This document shows, piece after piece, positions 31,838 to 40,128 of a stretch of 64,000 bases of DNA (position 1 is its first letter; each line of letters starts with the position of its first letter). This DNA is from an uncultured cyanobacterium (GTDB lineage Bacteria; Cyanobacteriota; Cyanobacteriia; Cyanobacteriales; CAWCAG01): positions 800,001-864,000 of the forward strand of contig CAWCAG010000005.1 in assembly GCA_963793425.1 (NCBI GenBank). The letters run 5' to 3'. Under the pieces are notes generated by a model, which worked only from the letters and a program-made list of their open reading frames with translations, was not told the DNA's origin and made no database searches. The position numbers were made by a program, and so were the translations under genes.

Positions 31838-33550
31838 CTACATAACCTCCAGAGATAAAATAGTTTGGTCATCTTCTTGGACTTTATTGGTGTATTCTCC
31901 CAAGTGCTTTAGTAACTCGTCCAAGTTTAAAGGATCGGACTCTTGGAGTAGTAATTGCCAAAGACCTTGTTGATTTAGCATTGAGCTAGCCTGGATTGTT
32001 TCATCCGCAGCCCCATTAGATTTGTTTACCATTGATCTTGTCACAGTTGCTTCTGTAATGCCATCACTAGTTAAAAGAAAAATATCACCCTGTTCTAAAG
32101 TTGAGTTACCCGCTTTCCCTTTCCAATCTTTAAGGATACCGAGGGGAATACCGCGAGTTTGTAAATAGTTTGGTTCTACTGTTATCTCTTTACTAGCATT
32201 TTTCCTCTGTTCAGCAACGGTACGATGCGACCAGAGCATAGGATAAATATGACCCGCATTAGCATAAGCTAGCTGGTTGGTGCTAGGAGTATAACGGGCT
32301 AAAACCATAGTTATAAAGCAGTTGGTGCTGAATAAATCTTCTGACATACTGCGGTTGAGGTTTTTCATCACTTCTTCTGGCTCTGGAGAAACTTCTTGGG
32401 CAACTTCTCTCCTCAGTACAGAAATGGCACTGGCCATAAATAAAGCCGCAGGTACACCCTTACCAGAAACATCAGCCACTGCCAACCAAACATCTCCTTG
32501 GGGATGGACATAAACTTCAAAGAAGTCTCCCCCTACTTCCCTAGCTGGGAAACAGCTAGCTTGGACAAAAACCCCTTCAACTTCTGGCCAGCTTTGACGT
32601 AAGATATTATTTTGAATCTGTCGAGCCACTTCTAATTCTGCTCGCATTTTTTCAGCTTGCTGTTGAGTTCTTTGTAAAAGCCTAGCTTGAGAAATTGCCA
32701 GGGCTGCTTGTTCACTCACAGCTTCTAGTAACTCAATATCAGATTCATCTTTAGCTGTAGCACTATCGATTTCATAAAGAGAGAGAATTGCTAGTAATTC
32801 TTGCTGGCAGATTAGTGGCACAGCCAAGTGAAAGCAGTTTTCTTTACCAGTTTCTGCTGAGGTCAGCTTTTTAGTTTTTTGGCTCGATAAAACCTCTTGA
32901 AGCAAAGACTCTTCTTCTTGAGCAGAAATATCCCACTGGGCAACATTATTAATTTGAAAAGAGAAAGACTCTGGTAATATTTCCTGACCACTAATCGGCC
33001 GCAGCACTCCAGCTTTGGCCCCAAAATTCTCACCAATGGTTTTGACAATGGTTTGGGCCATACTGCTGTAGTCTAAGGATTCGCGAATTGTGTTAGTAAT
33101 TTCATTTAATAACTCTTCGCGCCTCAAAACACGCCGCAGTTCATTAGTTCTTTGTTTAACAACCCTATAGGTATCTGCTGCTTGTTGAACTACTGCTTTG
33201 AGCTTTTCAGGATTCCAAGGTTTGGTGATGTATTTGAAAACTTTACCGGAATTAATTGCTTCTACCAGGTCTTCAACATCGGTGTAACCAGTAAGAAGAA
33301 TACGAATTGTATCGGGAAACCTTTCTACGGTTTTGCTTAAAAATTCTGTGCCATTCATAACTGGCATACGTTGATCTGAGATGATTACAGCCATCTCTCC
33401 TTCCTTGTCAAGAATTTCGAGGGCGCTAAGGGCCCCATCCGCTTTACGAACTCGAAAATCTCGCCGGAAAGTCCGATAGAGCAAGTCTAAGTTGTCAGGC
33501 TCATCATCCACCACCATTAAATTAAGTTTGTTGCGGTTTGCCTGACTCAT
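31838..33550 (-). CDS. Receiver-GAF-PP2C (SpoIIE/RsbU-like) phosphatase
   Basis: VVDDE/SDQRMP/KPW receiver, GAF domain, then VGGDFF, ADVSGKG, SDGITEA and DDQT. Confidence 0.92.
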   Translation of the reverse strand: MSQANRNKLNLMVVDDEPDNLDLLYRTFRRDFRVRKADGALSALEILDKEGEMAVIISDQRMPVMNGTEFLSKTVERFPDTIRILLTGYTDVEDLVEAINSGKVFKYITKPWNPEKLKAVVQQAADTYRVVKQRTNELRRVLRREELLNEITNTIRESLDYSSMAQTIVKTIGENFGAKAGVLRPISGQEILPESFSFQINNVAQWDISAQEEESLLQEVLSSQKTKKLTSAETGKENCFHLAVPLICQQELLAILSLYEIDSATAKDESDIELLEAVSEQAALAISQARLLQRTQQQAEKMRAELEVARQIQNNILRQSWPEVEGVFVQASCFPAREVGGDFFEVYVHPQGDVWLAVADVSGKGVPAALFMASAISVLRREVAQEVSPEPEEVMKNLNRSMSEDLFSTNCFITMVLARYTPSTNQLAYANAGHIYPMLWSHRTVAEQRKNASKEITVEPNYLQTRGIPLGILKDWKGKAGNSTLEQGDIFLLTSDGITEATVTRSMVNKSNGAADETIQASSMLNQQGLWQLLLQESDPLNLDELLKHLGEYTNKVQEDDQTILSLEVM

Positions 33551-33811
33551 TTACTCACTCCAGTTTGGCGATCCATTGAAAAAGACATCAGTGCGCTTAT
33601 ATTTTAAGAGCTTGACTGGCAAATTTTGCACCAACAAAAAGCTTACCAGCCAAATACCAGGACAATTAATCATTTTAGATGCTAGTAAGGTTTAATTTCC
33701 GTAAGAGTCATTACCAACCCAATTAAAGAGTGGTTTGTTGGAGATTTGCTTCATAACTAAAAATAAGCTTAGTAGGTGAAGATTATATTATCGCTTGCTT
33801 TTTTCATCTCC

Positions 33812-34537
33812 TCAACCAACTAATCCTGAACGAAGAGCGCGAACAGCAGCTTGGGTGCGGTCATCAGCACATAATTTGTTTAAAATATTACGAACGTGAG
33901 TTTTAACGGTTCCTACGGTAATAAAAAGTTTTTCAGCAATTTCAGCGTTGCTACAACCTTCGACAATAAGTTGAAGAACTTCTAGTTCCCTTTCCGTAAG
34001 AGGATAGGCTTCAATAAGTTGACTATATTCTGGCTCAGCAGCATTGATTCTCACTTTCCCTGGGTTCCCCGAAGGTACAGGGTTGGTTTCAGTGGAGGAA
34101 CCTTTGGTTTGCGAGAGAATAATTCTGGCGATCGCCGGATCGATCCAAGCATTGCCCTCATGGGTTAATTTAAGTACCTCGATTAAGCGATCAAAGCTCA
34201 TATTCTTCATACAGTAAGAATCAGCCCCAGCCGCAAAAGCAGCCAAAACAGCTTCTTCGTTATCGTGTAAAGTCAAAATCAAAATTTTGATTGGTTTTGA
34301 TTCCCCTGATGAGGAATTTTCTTTTGATTTGCGAGTTAGCTCTATACCATCGATATCTGGCAGACCAATATCGACTATACCGATATCAGGTTGGTAAGTT
34401 TCCAACAATTTTAAACCTTCAGTCCCATTAGCCGCTTCACCAACCAATTCGATCTCATTGGACTGTTGTAGTGCAGTCCTAAGTCCGACTCTAGTTAGAT
34501 CGTGGTCTTCAATGAGAGCAACACGAATTTTACTCAT
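33812..34537 (-). CDS. NarL/LuxR family response regulator
   Basis: Receiver domain plus LTERELEVLQL...TVKTHVRNILNKL HTH. Confidence 0.95.
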   Translation of the reverse strand: MSKIRVALIEDHDLTRVGLRTALQQSNEIELVGEAANGTEGLKLLETYQPDIGIVDIGLPDIDGIELTRKSKENSSSGESKPIKILILTLHDNEEAVLAAFAAGADSYCMKNMSFDRLIEVLKLTHEGNAWIDPAIARIILSQTKGSSTETNPVPSGNPGKVRINAAEPEYSQLIEAYPLTERELEVLQLIVEGCSNAEIAEKLFITVGTVKTHVRNILNKLCADDRTQAAVRALRSGLVG

Positions 34538-34812
34538 CTTGAAAACGTTTCCCCAAAAAACTCTAATAACTAATCAATAAAGTGTAGTATCTTCTCTAGC
34601 CTTTAGTTCAGATTGTCACAAATTACAGAAAATTGTCGTCAATACTTTGGTGAGCAATCAAAATTAAATTACTCTTAATATTTAACCTATCTTTAAGTTA
34701 TGGGATGGTTAATTGGGCGTTGATTACTGACATAAAAGTCCTTAAATTTGTTTGACATGGGAAATAATTTTGCTGCTTTAGTATAAGTACTTTGAACTAG
34801 TAAGACAATCAA

Positions 34813-37512
34813 TTGAGACTAATTGATAGGAATGAAACCGTGAAAATTCTGGTGGTAGAAGATGATGAAATTGAACGTATGGTGCTGTACAAAGCCCTAA
34901 TTAAAGCCAGGGCTGATATAGAAATGGAATCAGCCAATACCTGTGAGAGTGCTATTGCCAGCTTAAAACAACAAAGAGATTTTGAATGCGTTTTCCTGGA
35001 CTACAGGTTGCCAGATGGTAGCGGCAGAGAACTAGTTGAAAAAATTCGTCGTGCAGAGATTAAAGTCCCCTTGGTGGTTTTAATCGCCCAAGGAGATGAG
35101 CATTATGCTGCTGATTTGATTAAAGCTGGGGCTTCTGATTATATTCCCCAAAGAAAAGTTTCTTCTGAGAGTTTGGCTCGTAGTCTTCACAATTCAGTAC
35201 GCTTATACCATGCTGAGCAACAAGCTGATTTTGCGAATCGACGCTTGCAAGAAAGCGAGGAGATGTACCGCTTAGTTGTTGAAGGTTCTAATGATGGTAT
35301 TTGGGATTGGGATCTTGATAGCCATAAAGTTTATGCCAATGATCGCCTTTTGGAAATGGTCGGTTTATCTCCCCAGGGAGTGACTGTTAATTATCAGCTC
35401 TTAAAAAAGTTATTACATTTAGGTGATCGCCTGAAGATTAGTCGGGCAGTTCGCGCTCATTTAAGGAAGCAAGCTAAGTTTGAGGTAGAGTTTCGGCTAC
35501 GTCATGTGAGTGGGGAATACCTTTACTGTGTGGCGAGGGGAAAAGCCCAAAGGGATAGTAGCGGTAAGCCCCTAAGAATGTCTGGTATCGTTAGTGATAT
35601 TACTGAGCGTAAACGCACAGAAGGGCGGACTCGCTTTTTAACTGAGGCCACGGAAGTTTTATCAGCTTCTTTAGATTATCAAACTACCCTAGAAAATCTT
35701 GCTCAGCTAGCTGTTCCTCGTTTAGCAGATTGGTGTGCTATTGATGTGGTTGATTCTCAGGGAGATTCTCGCCGTATCGCTGTTACCCACATAGAGCCTA
35801 GTAAAGAGGCTTTGGTGCGGCAGCTAGATTGCTCTGATGAGACAAAAGGTTATTGTCCTGTGGTTGGTTATGGCCAGGTTATTCATCGGGGCAAATCCGC
35901 TGCTTGTTTTTATGTTTCTGAAGAAAATTTAGCCCAAATAGCCAGGAATGAAGAACATCTAGAAAGACTCAAAAGTTTAAATATTCATTCTTATATTTGT
36001 GTACCCTTGAAAACTGGGGAAAGAACTTTAGGCTCTATTTTGTTTGTTTGGAGCGAATCTGGGCGCTGCTATACCCAAGATGATTTTAAGCTAGCAGAAG
36101 ATTTGGCCCATCGCGCAGCTTTGGCTATAGAAAATGCTCGACTGTTTCAAGAAGCCCATCAAGCGAGTGAGGAACTACGCCAAGCTAATGCCATTTTAGG
36201 GGAACAACAACAACAACTACGTACTCTCCAGCAACTAACAAATTTATTGAATCATCGGCTCACAGATTTACCAGATTTGTTGCGGGTGATGGCCCGCTCT
36301 GTGTGCGAAGCTATTCCTGGAGCGCAGATTTGTTTTATTGCTTTATTTAATACTCAATGTAACCGTATGATGCTGACGGTGACTGCGGGGGTGGGGGAAG
36401 AAAGCCTCAGCTTGGAGGATGCTTCTTCTTCTAAGAGTTTGTTACGTCAAGTTTTTTTAACCGGGCAACCCAAGTTAATTCAAAGTCCTCAACAAGAAAC
36501 AGGTTCAGCAAAAAGTTTGCCTCAGACGATTTATGCCGTACCAATCAAATCTGTGAAGTCAGGAAGTTTAGGAATTTTGGCCATTGGTAATTGGGAAAAT
36601 CCTACGGCTTTTGATAAAGAAGGACAATATCTTTTAACTGCTGTGGGAGAACAAGCTGCGATCGCCATTGATAATGCTCGTTTGATTAATACCCTGGAAG
36701 AGAGGGAAGAGCGTTTAGAGTTTCAAAATCAAATTTTAGCAGAGCAAAATCAGGAGTTAGAAAGTCAGCGCTACCAAATTCAACTGCAAAATTTGCAACT
36801 AATGGAAGCGGCAAAGATGAAGTCGCAATTCTTAGCAGTAATGTCCCATGAGTTGCGTACCCCCATGAATGCTATTATTGGCTTTTCTCAAGTACTTTTA
36901 CGTAAGAAAAACTCTGATACCCTAAGTGCCAATCAAGTACAGATGTTGGATAGAATTTATAATAATGGCAAGACTCTTTTAGATTTAATTAATCATATTC
37001 TTGACCTTTCTAAAGCAGAAGCAGGACGTTTAGAATTACAAATTAAAGATTTTGATATTGTGCAGTTAGTGAGGACAACTATTGAGGAATTACGTCCTTT
37101 AGCTGATGAGAAATATTTAAGTTTAACATTTGATGTTAAGCTCAAACATTCTCGTGTTTGTAATGATAGCCTCCGTTTACGACAAATTGTCGTTAATCTC
37201 CTTTCTAATGCTATTAAGTTTACTGACAGAGGAAGCGTTGAGGTATTGATCCAAGAGGTAGATGAAGAGCATTTAGAAATAGCTGTTAAAGACACAGGTA
37301 TTGGTATTAACGGGGAGCAGAAAGAGTATATTTTTGAAGAGTTTCGCCAAGTAGATCAAACCACGACCCGCAAATATTCTGGTACGGGTTTAGGGTTAGC
37401 AATTACTGAGTCTTTGGTTAAGTTGATGCAAGGAGAAATTAGTGTAGAAAGTCAGCTTGGTGAAGGAGCTACTTTTAAGGTTAAGTTGCCTTATCGGGTT
37501 AGGTGTTGCTAA
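34813..37512 (+). CDS. Hybrid sensor histidine kinase (REC-PAS-GAF-GAF-HisKA-HATPase)
   Basis: LDYRLPDG receiver, GIWDWD PAS, SHELRTPMN H-box, NAIKFT, DTGIG, GTGLGL. Exact start codon uncertain. Confidence 0.93.
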   Translation: MRLIDRNETVKILVVEDDEIERMVLYKALIKARADIEMESANTCESAIASLKQQRDFECVFLDYRLPDGSGRELVEKIRRAEIKVPLVVLIAQGDEHYAADLIKAGASDYIPQRKVSSESLARSLHNSVRLYHAEQQADFANRRLQESEEMYRLVVEGSNDGIWDWDLDSHKVYANDRLLEMVGLSPQGVTVNYQLLKKLLHLGDRLKISRAVRAHLRKQAKFEVEFRLRHVSGEYLYCVARGKAQRDSSGKPLRMSGIVSDITERKRTEGRTRFLTEATEVLSASLDYQTTLENLAQLAVPRLADWCAIDVVDSQGDSRRIAVTHIEPSKEALVRQLDCSDETKGYCPVVGYGQVIHRGKSAACFYVSEENLAQIARNEEHLERLKSLNIHSYICVPLKTGERTLGSILFVWSESGRCYTQDDFKLAEDLAHRAALAIENARLFQEAHQASEELRQANAILGEQQQQLRTLQQLTNLLNHRLTDLPDLLRVMARSVCEAIPGAQICFIALFNTQCNRMMLTVTAGVGEESLSLEDASSSKSLLRQVFLTGQPKLIQSPQQETGSAKSLPQTIYAVPIKSVKSGSLGILAIGNWENPTAFDKEGQYLLTAVGEQAAIAIDNARLINTLEEREERLEFQNQILAEQNQELESQRYQIQLQNLQLMEAAKMKSQFLAVMSHELRTPMNAIIGFSQVLLRKKNSDTLSANQVQMLDRIYNNGKTLLDLINHILDLSKAEAGRLELQIKDFDIVQLVRTTIEELRPLADEKYLSLTFDVKLKHSRVCNDSLRLRQIVVNLLSNAIKFTDRGSVEVLIQEVDEEHLEIAVKDTGIGINGEQKEYIFEEFRQVDQTTTRKYSGTGLGLAITESLVKLMQGEISVESQLGEGATFKVKLPYRVRCC

Positions 37513-37596
37513 TTGCTAATTGCTAGTTGCCAATTGCTCTCTCCCTAGCTCCCTAGCTCCCTAGCTCCCTAGCCCCCCAGCTCCCAAGCTCCCCAG
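37508..37596. repeat. Intergenic tandem repeats (AATTGCT)n and (CCCTAGCT)n between convergent genes
   Basis: Read directly. The same 8-mer family occurs near 11185, 16845, 43730 and 47030. Confidence 0.85.
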
Positions 37597-38355
37597 CTAA
37601 TTAACAGTAAAGCCACCATCTACGGTAATTCCTTGCCCTAAGACAAAAGAAGCTTCAGGGGAAGATAACCAAACCACTGCATCGGCAATTTCTTCTGGTT
37701 TACCAAATCTGCCAATAGGATGCAAAGACTTCGTTTGTTCTATGAGGGCAGCATCTCTTTCTAGAAACTCTTCTAGCATTCGAGTTTCAGTGAACCCTGG
37801 ACAAACTGCATTAATCCGAATCTCTTGTTTGGCGTATGCTAAGGCAGCAGACTTCGTTAAACCCAGTACGGCGTGTTTAGAAGCAACATAGATTGCATGG
37901 CCAGGAAAGCCGACTAGACCAGCAATAGAGGCATTATTAACAATAGTCCCACCCCCGTTGGCTAACATATATTCAATTTCACATTTCATGGAATACCAGA
38001 CTCCTTTAACGTTGACACCCATCACCAAATCGAAAGTTTCTTCCTTTTGATCTGGGAGCATAGCTTGAGGATCTTCTACTCCAGCATTGTTAAAAGCAGC
38101 GTGCAACCCACCGTAAGTATCGACTGTGTATTTGATTAAGTTTTGGACATTTTCAAATTTAGTTACATCTGCTTGACAAAAGCTAGCTTTACCCCCAGCT
38201 TTTTGAATTAGTTCAACGGTTTCTTGACCACCTTTTTCATGATGATCACCAACTACTACGGATGCCCCTTCCGAAGCAAATTTGAGGGCAGTAGCCCTAC
38301 CAATACCAAAACTGCCACCAGTAACTAATGCCACTTTGTCAACAAATCGATCCAT
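37597..38355 (-). CDS. Short-chain dehydrogenase/reductase
   Basis: TGGSFGIG, NNAG, YVASK, NAVCPG, DGG. Confidence 0.95.
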   Translation of the reverse strand: MDRFVDKVALVTGGSFGIGRATALKFASEGASVVVGDHHEKGGQETVELIQKAGGKASFCQADVTKFENVQNLIKYTVDTYGGLHAAFNNAGVEDPQAMLPDQKEETFDLVMGVNVKGVWYSMKCEIEYMLANGGGTIVNNASIAGLVGFPGHAIYVASKHAVLGLTKSAALAYAKQEIRINAVCPGFTETRMLEEFLERDAALIEQTKSLHPIGRFGKPEEIADAVVWLSSPEASFVLGQGITVDGGFTVN

Positions 38356-38440
38356 AGATTTAACCTATTAAACCCTAGTTTATTCGTACACTCTTAGCTT
38401 GCAAACCAACATTCTCTGCCCTACATTTAATCCCCATCAA

Positions 38441-38500
38441 GGGCGACCCAATTAGTTTAATTTATCGGTGGCTAAAATAACAACAGACGGTCGCCCCTAC
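38441..38500. repeat. REP-like palindrome (GTAG-type)
   Basis: GGGCGACC...GGTCGCCC followed by CTAC (GTAG on the minus strand). Confidence 0.55.
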
Positions 38501-38527
38501 ATTATGGTATTTCTTCCGAATAAATAT

Positions 38528-38713
38528 CTAAACCCCTCTTGTTATTAATCCTCTCAGAGAAGTAATCAAGACTGCGATCGCAATAATAATAGCGGCTGGT
38601 GTGTCTCCATGTTCTAGTAATGTTGCCAAGTTAATTTCGATGGTTGGTTCAGGAATAGTGATTACTTGGTTGGTGGGGATTTGATTGTTTAATTGAGTTT
38701 CTTGGCAAGTCAT
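38528..38713 (-). CDS. Small hypothetical membrane protein
   Basis: 61 aa with a C-terminal hydrophobic helix; divergent from the ATPase gene. Confidence 0.5.
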   Translation of the reverse strand: MTCQETQLNNQIPTNQVITIPEPTIEINLATLLEHGDTPAAIIIAIAVLITSLRGLITRGV

Positions 38714-38863
38714 GATGATTAATTACTCTGTGTGTTTATTGTTATTAACATCATCTCTTGCAGTCCATATGAAAGTCAGTAGGGCGATGTTAGAAGATTA
38801 GCAAAATGAGAATGTAAGCTATTGTAAGATTTGAGATACGGTGCAAATTATCCGTCCTAACTT

Positions 38864-39877
38864 ATGGCACAAGAAGAACAGAAACAGCTAATTGAAATAT
38901 TAGAAGCACAACAGGGTAAATTTCTTAACGATAGTGAGAAAGCTGTTTTGCAAGGAATGTTGGCTGGGCAAACTTACGAAGTTGTTAGTAAGGAAATTCC
39001 TTTAGATTACAATTATGTGCGGCAAATTGGCAGCAAATTGGTTAAAGATATTGGTGAAATTTTAAACAAAAAAGTCACGAAAAACACTCTTGCTGCTGCA
39101 GTAGAACAGCTTTTAGGGCAACAATTAAAACAAGAACCAAAATCGCAGCCCTTAAATCTTGATAATCCTTTTATTCCTACTAGCGGAATTATTGAAACGC
39201 CACAGCTATTTTTCAATCGCGAGAAGGAAATCAAAGATATTTTTGAGTTACTAAATAGTCGTTCTAGCGTAGCTGTAATTGGAGAAAGACAAGTTGGTAA
39301 GTCTTCTTTACTTCAAGCCATTTTTCGTCAAGCAGAAACTCAATTACAACCTCCCCGTCGTCCTATTTACTTACATTTGCAAGGAATTAGTAATGAGGAG
39401 GATTTTTATGCTTATCTTTGTGATGAAATTGATATTCCTCTGCAAACAGGTTATCAGTTAACTCGTGCTTTGAAAAAGCAGCATTTATTGTTACTTATTG
39501 ACGAAATTGAAAAGATGAATGGGCCAGGTTTTACCCGTGATGTGAGAGAAAAACTTAGGAGTTTAGCAGAAGGAGAAAATGCGCCTTTGCGTTTAGTAGT
39601 GGCGGCGCGGACACCTTTAACAGAATTATTTCCCGACGATGAGCCTGGTAAAACCTCTCCCTTAGCTAACATTTGTCCACCCGTAGAAGTTCCGATTTGG
39701 CCAGAAAAAACAGCCCGTGATTTTATCCAATCTCGTTTAGCCATGTCCCCATTAAGTTCAACAATTACTTTCTCCGATTCAGAAATAGAAAGTCTATTAA
39801 AAGAAAGCAACTGTCACCCTCAAAAGCTAACCAGATTGTGCAATAAACTATATAGCAGCAAAAAAGGAGAAATCTAA
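38864..39877 (+). CDS. N-terminal HTH + STAND/AAA-type P-loop ATPase
   Basis: LNDSEKAVLQG...TYE..S...YNYVRQIGSKL HTH, NPF, FFNREKE, Walker A GERQVGKSS, Walker B LLLIDEIE. Confidence 0.8.
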   Translation: MAQEEQKQLIEILEAQQGKFLNDSEKAVLQGMLAGQTYEVVSKEIPLDYNYVRQIGSKLVKDIGEILNKKVTKNTLAAAVEQLLGQQLKQEPKSQPLNLDNPFIPTSGIIETPQLFFNREKEIKDIFELLNSRSSVAVIGERQVGKSSLLQAIFRQAETQLQPPRRPIYLHLQGISNEEDFYAYLCDEIDIPLQTGYQLTRALKKQHLLLLIDEIEKMNGPGFTRDVREKLRSLAEGENAPLRLVVAARTPLTELFPDDEPGKTSPLANICPPVEVPIWPEKTARDFIQSRLAMSPLSSTITFSDSEIESLLKESNCHPQKLTRLCNKLYSSKKGEI

Positions 39878-39917
39878 CCCATAATCAACACATGATCTGG
39901 AATGTTGTAAGCATATA

Positions 39918-40082
39918 CCGCCCACGAATAAATTCGCTGTCTCATAGCAAAAGTCATCTGAAGATGACTAGGATACTGGTTTTTGGTAATTTGGTTACAC
40001 TCTTTCCTAGGAAAAATCCCAGCACTGGTAGTCATCTTTAAGATGACTTAGGCTATTAGCCAGGGATTTTAATCCTTGGCGG
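39918..40082. mobile_element. MITE-like palindromic repeat element
   Basis: Ends CCGCC...GGCGG. Inner inverted arms ATAGCAAAAGTCATCTGAAGATGACTA (39944-39970) and TAGTCATCTTTAAGATGACTTAGGCTAT (40029-40056) are each a hairpin. No ORF. Confidence 0.65.
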
Positions 40083-40128
40083 GTTGAGTGAATAAGCAAT
40101 TCATCTCTTTTTTGCAGCCTTCCAAGTT

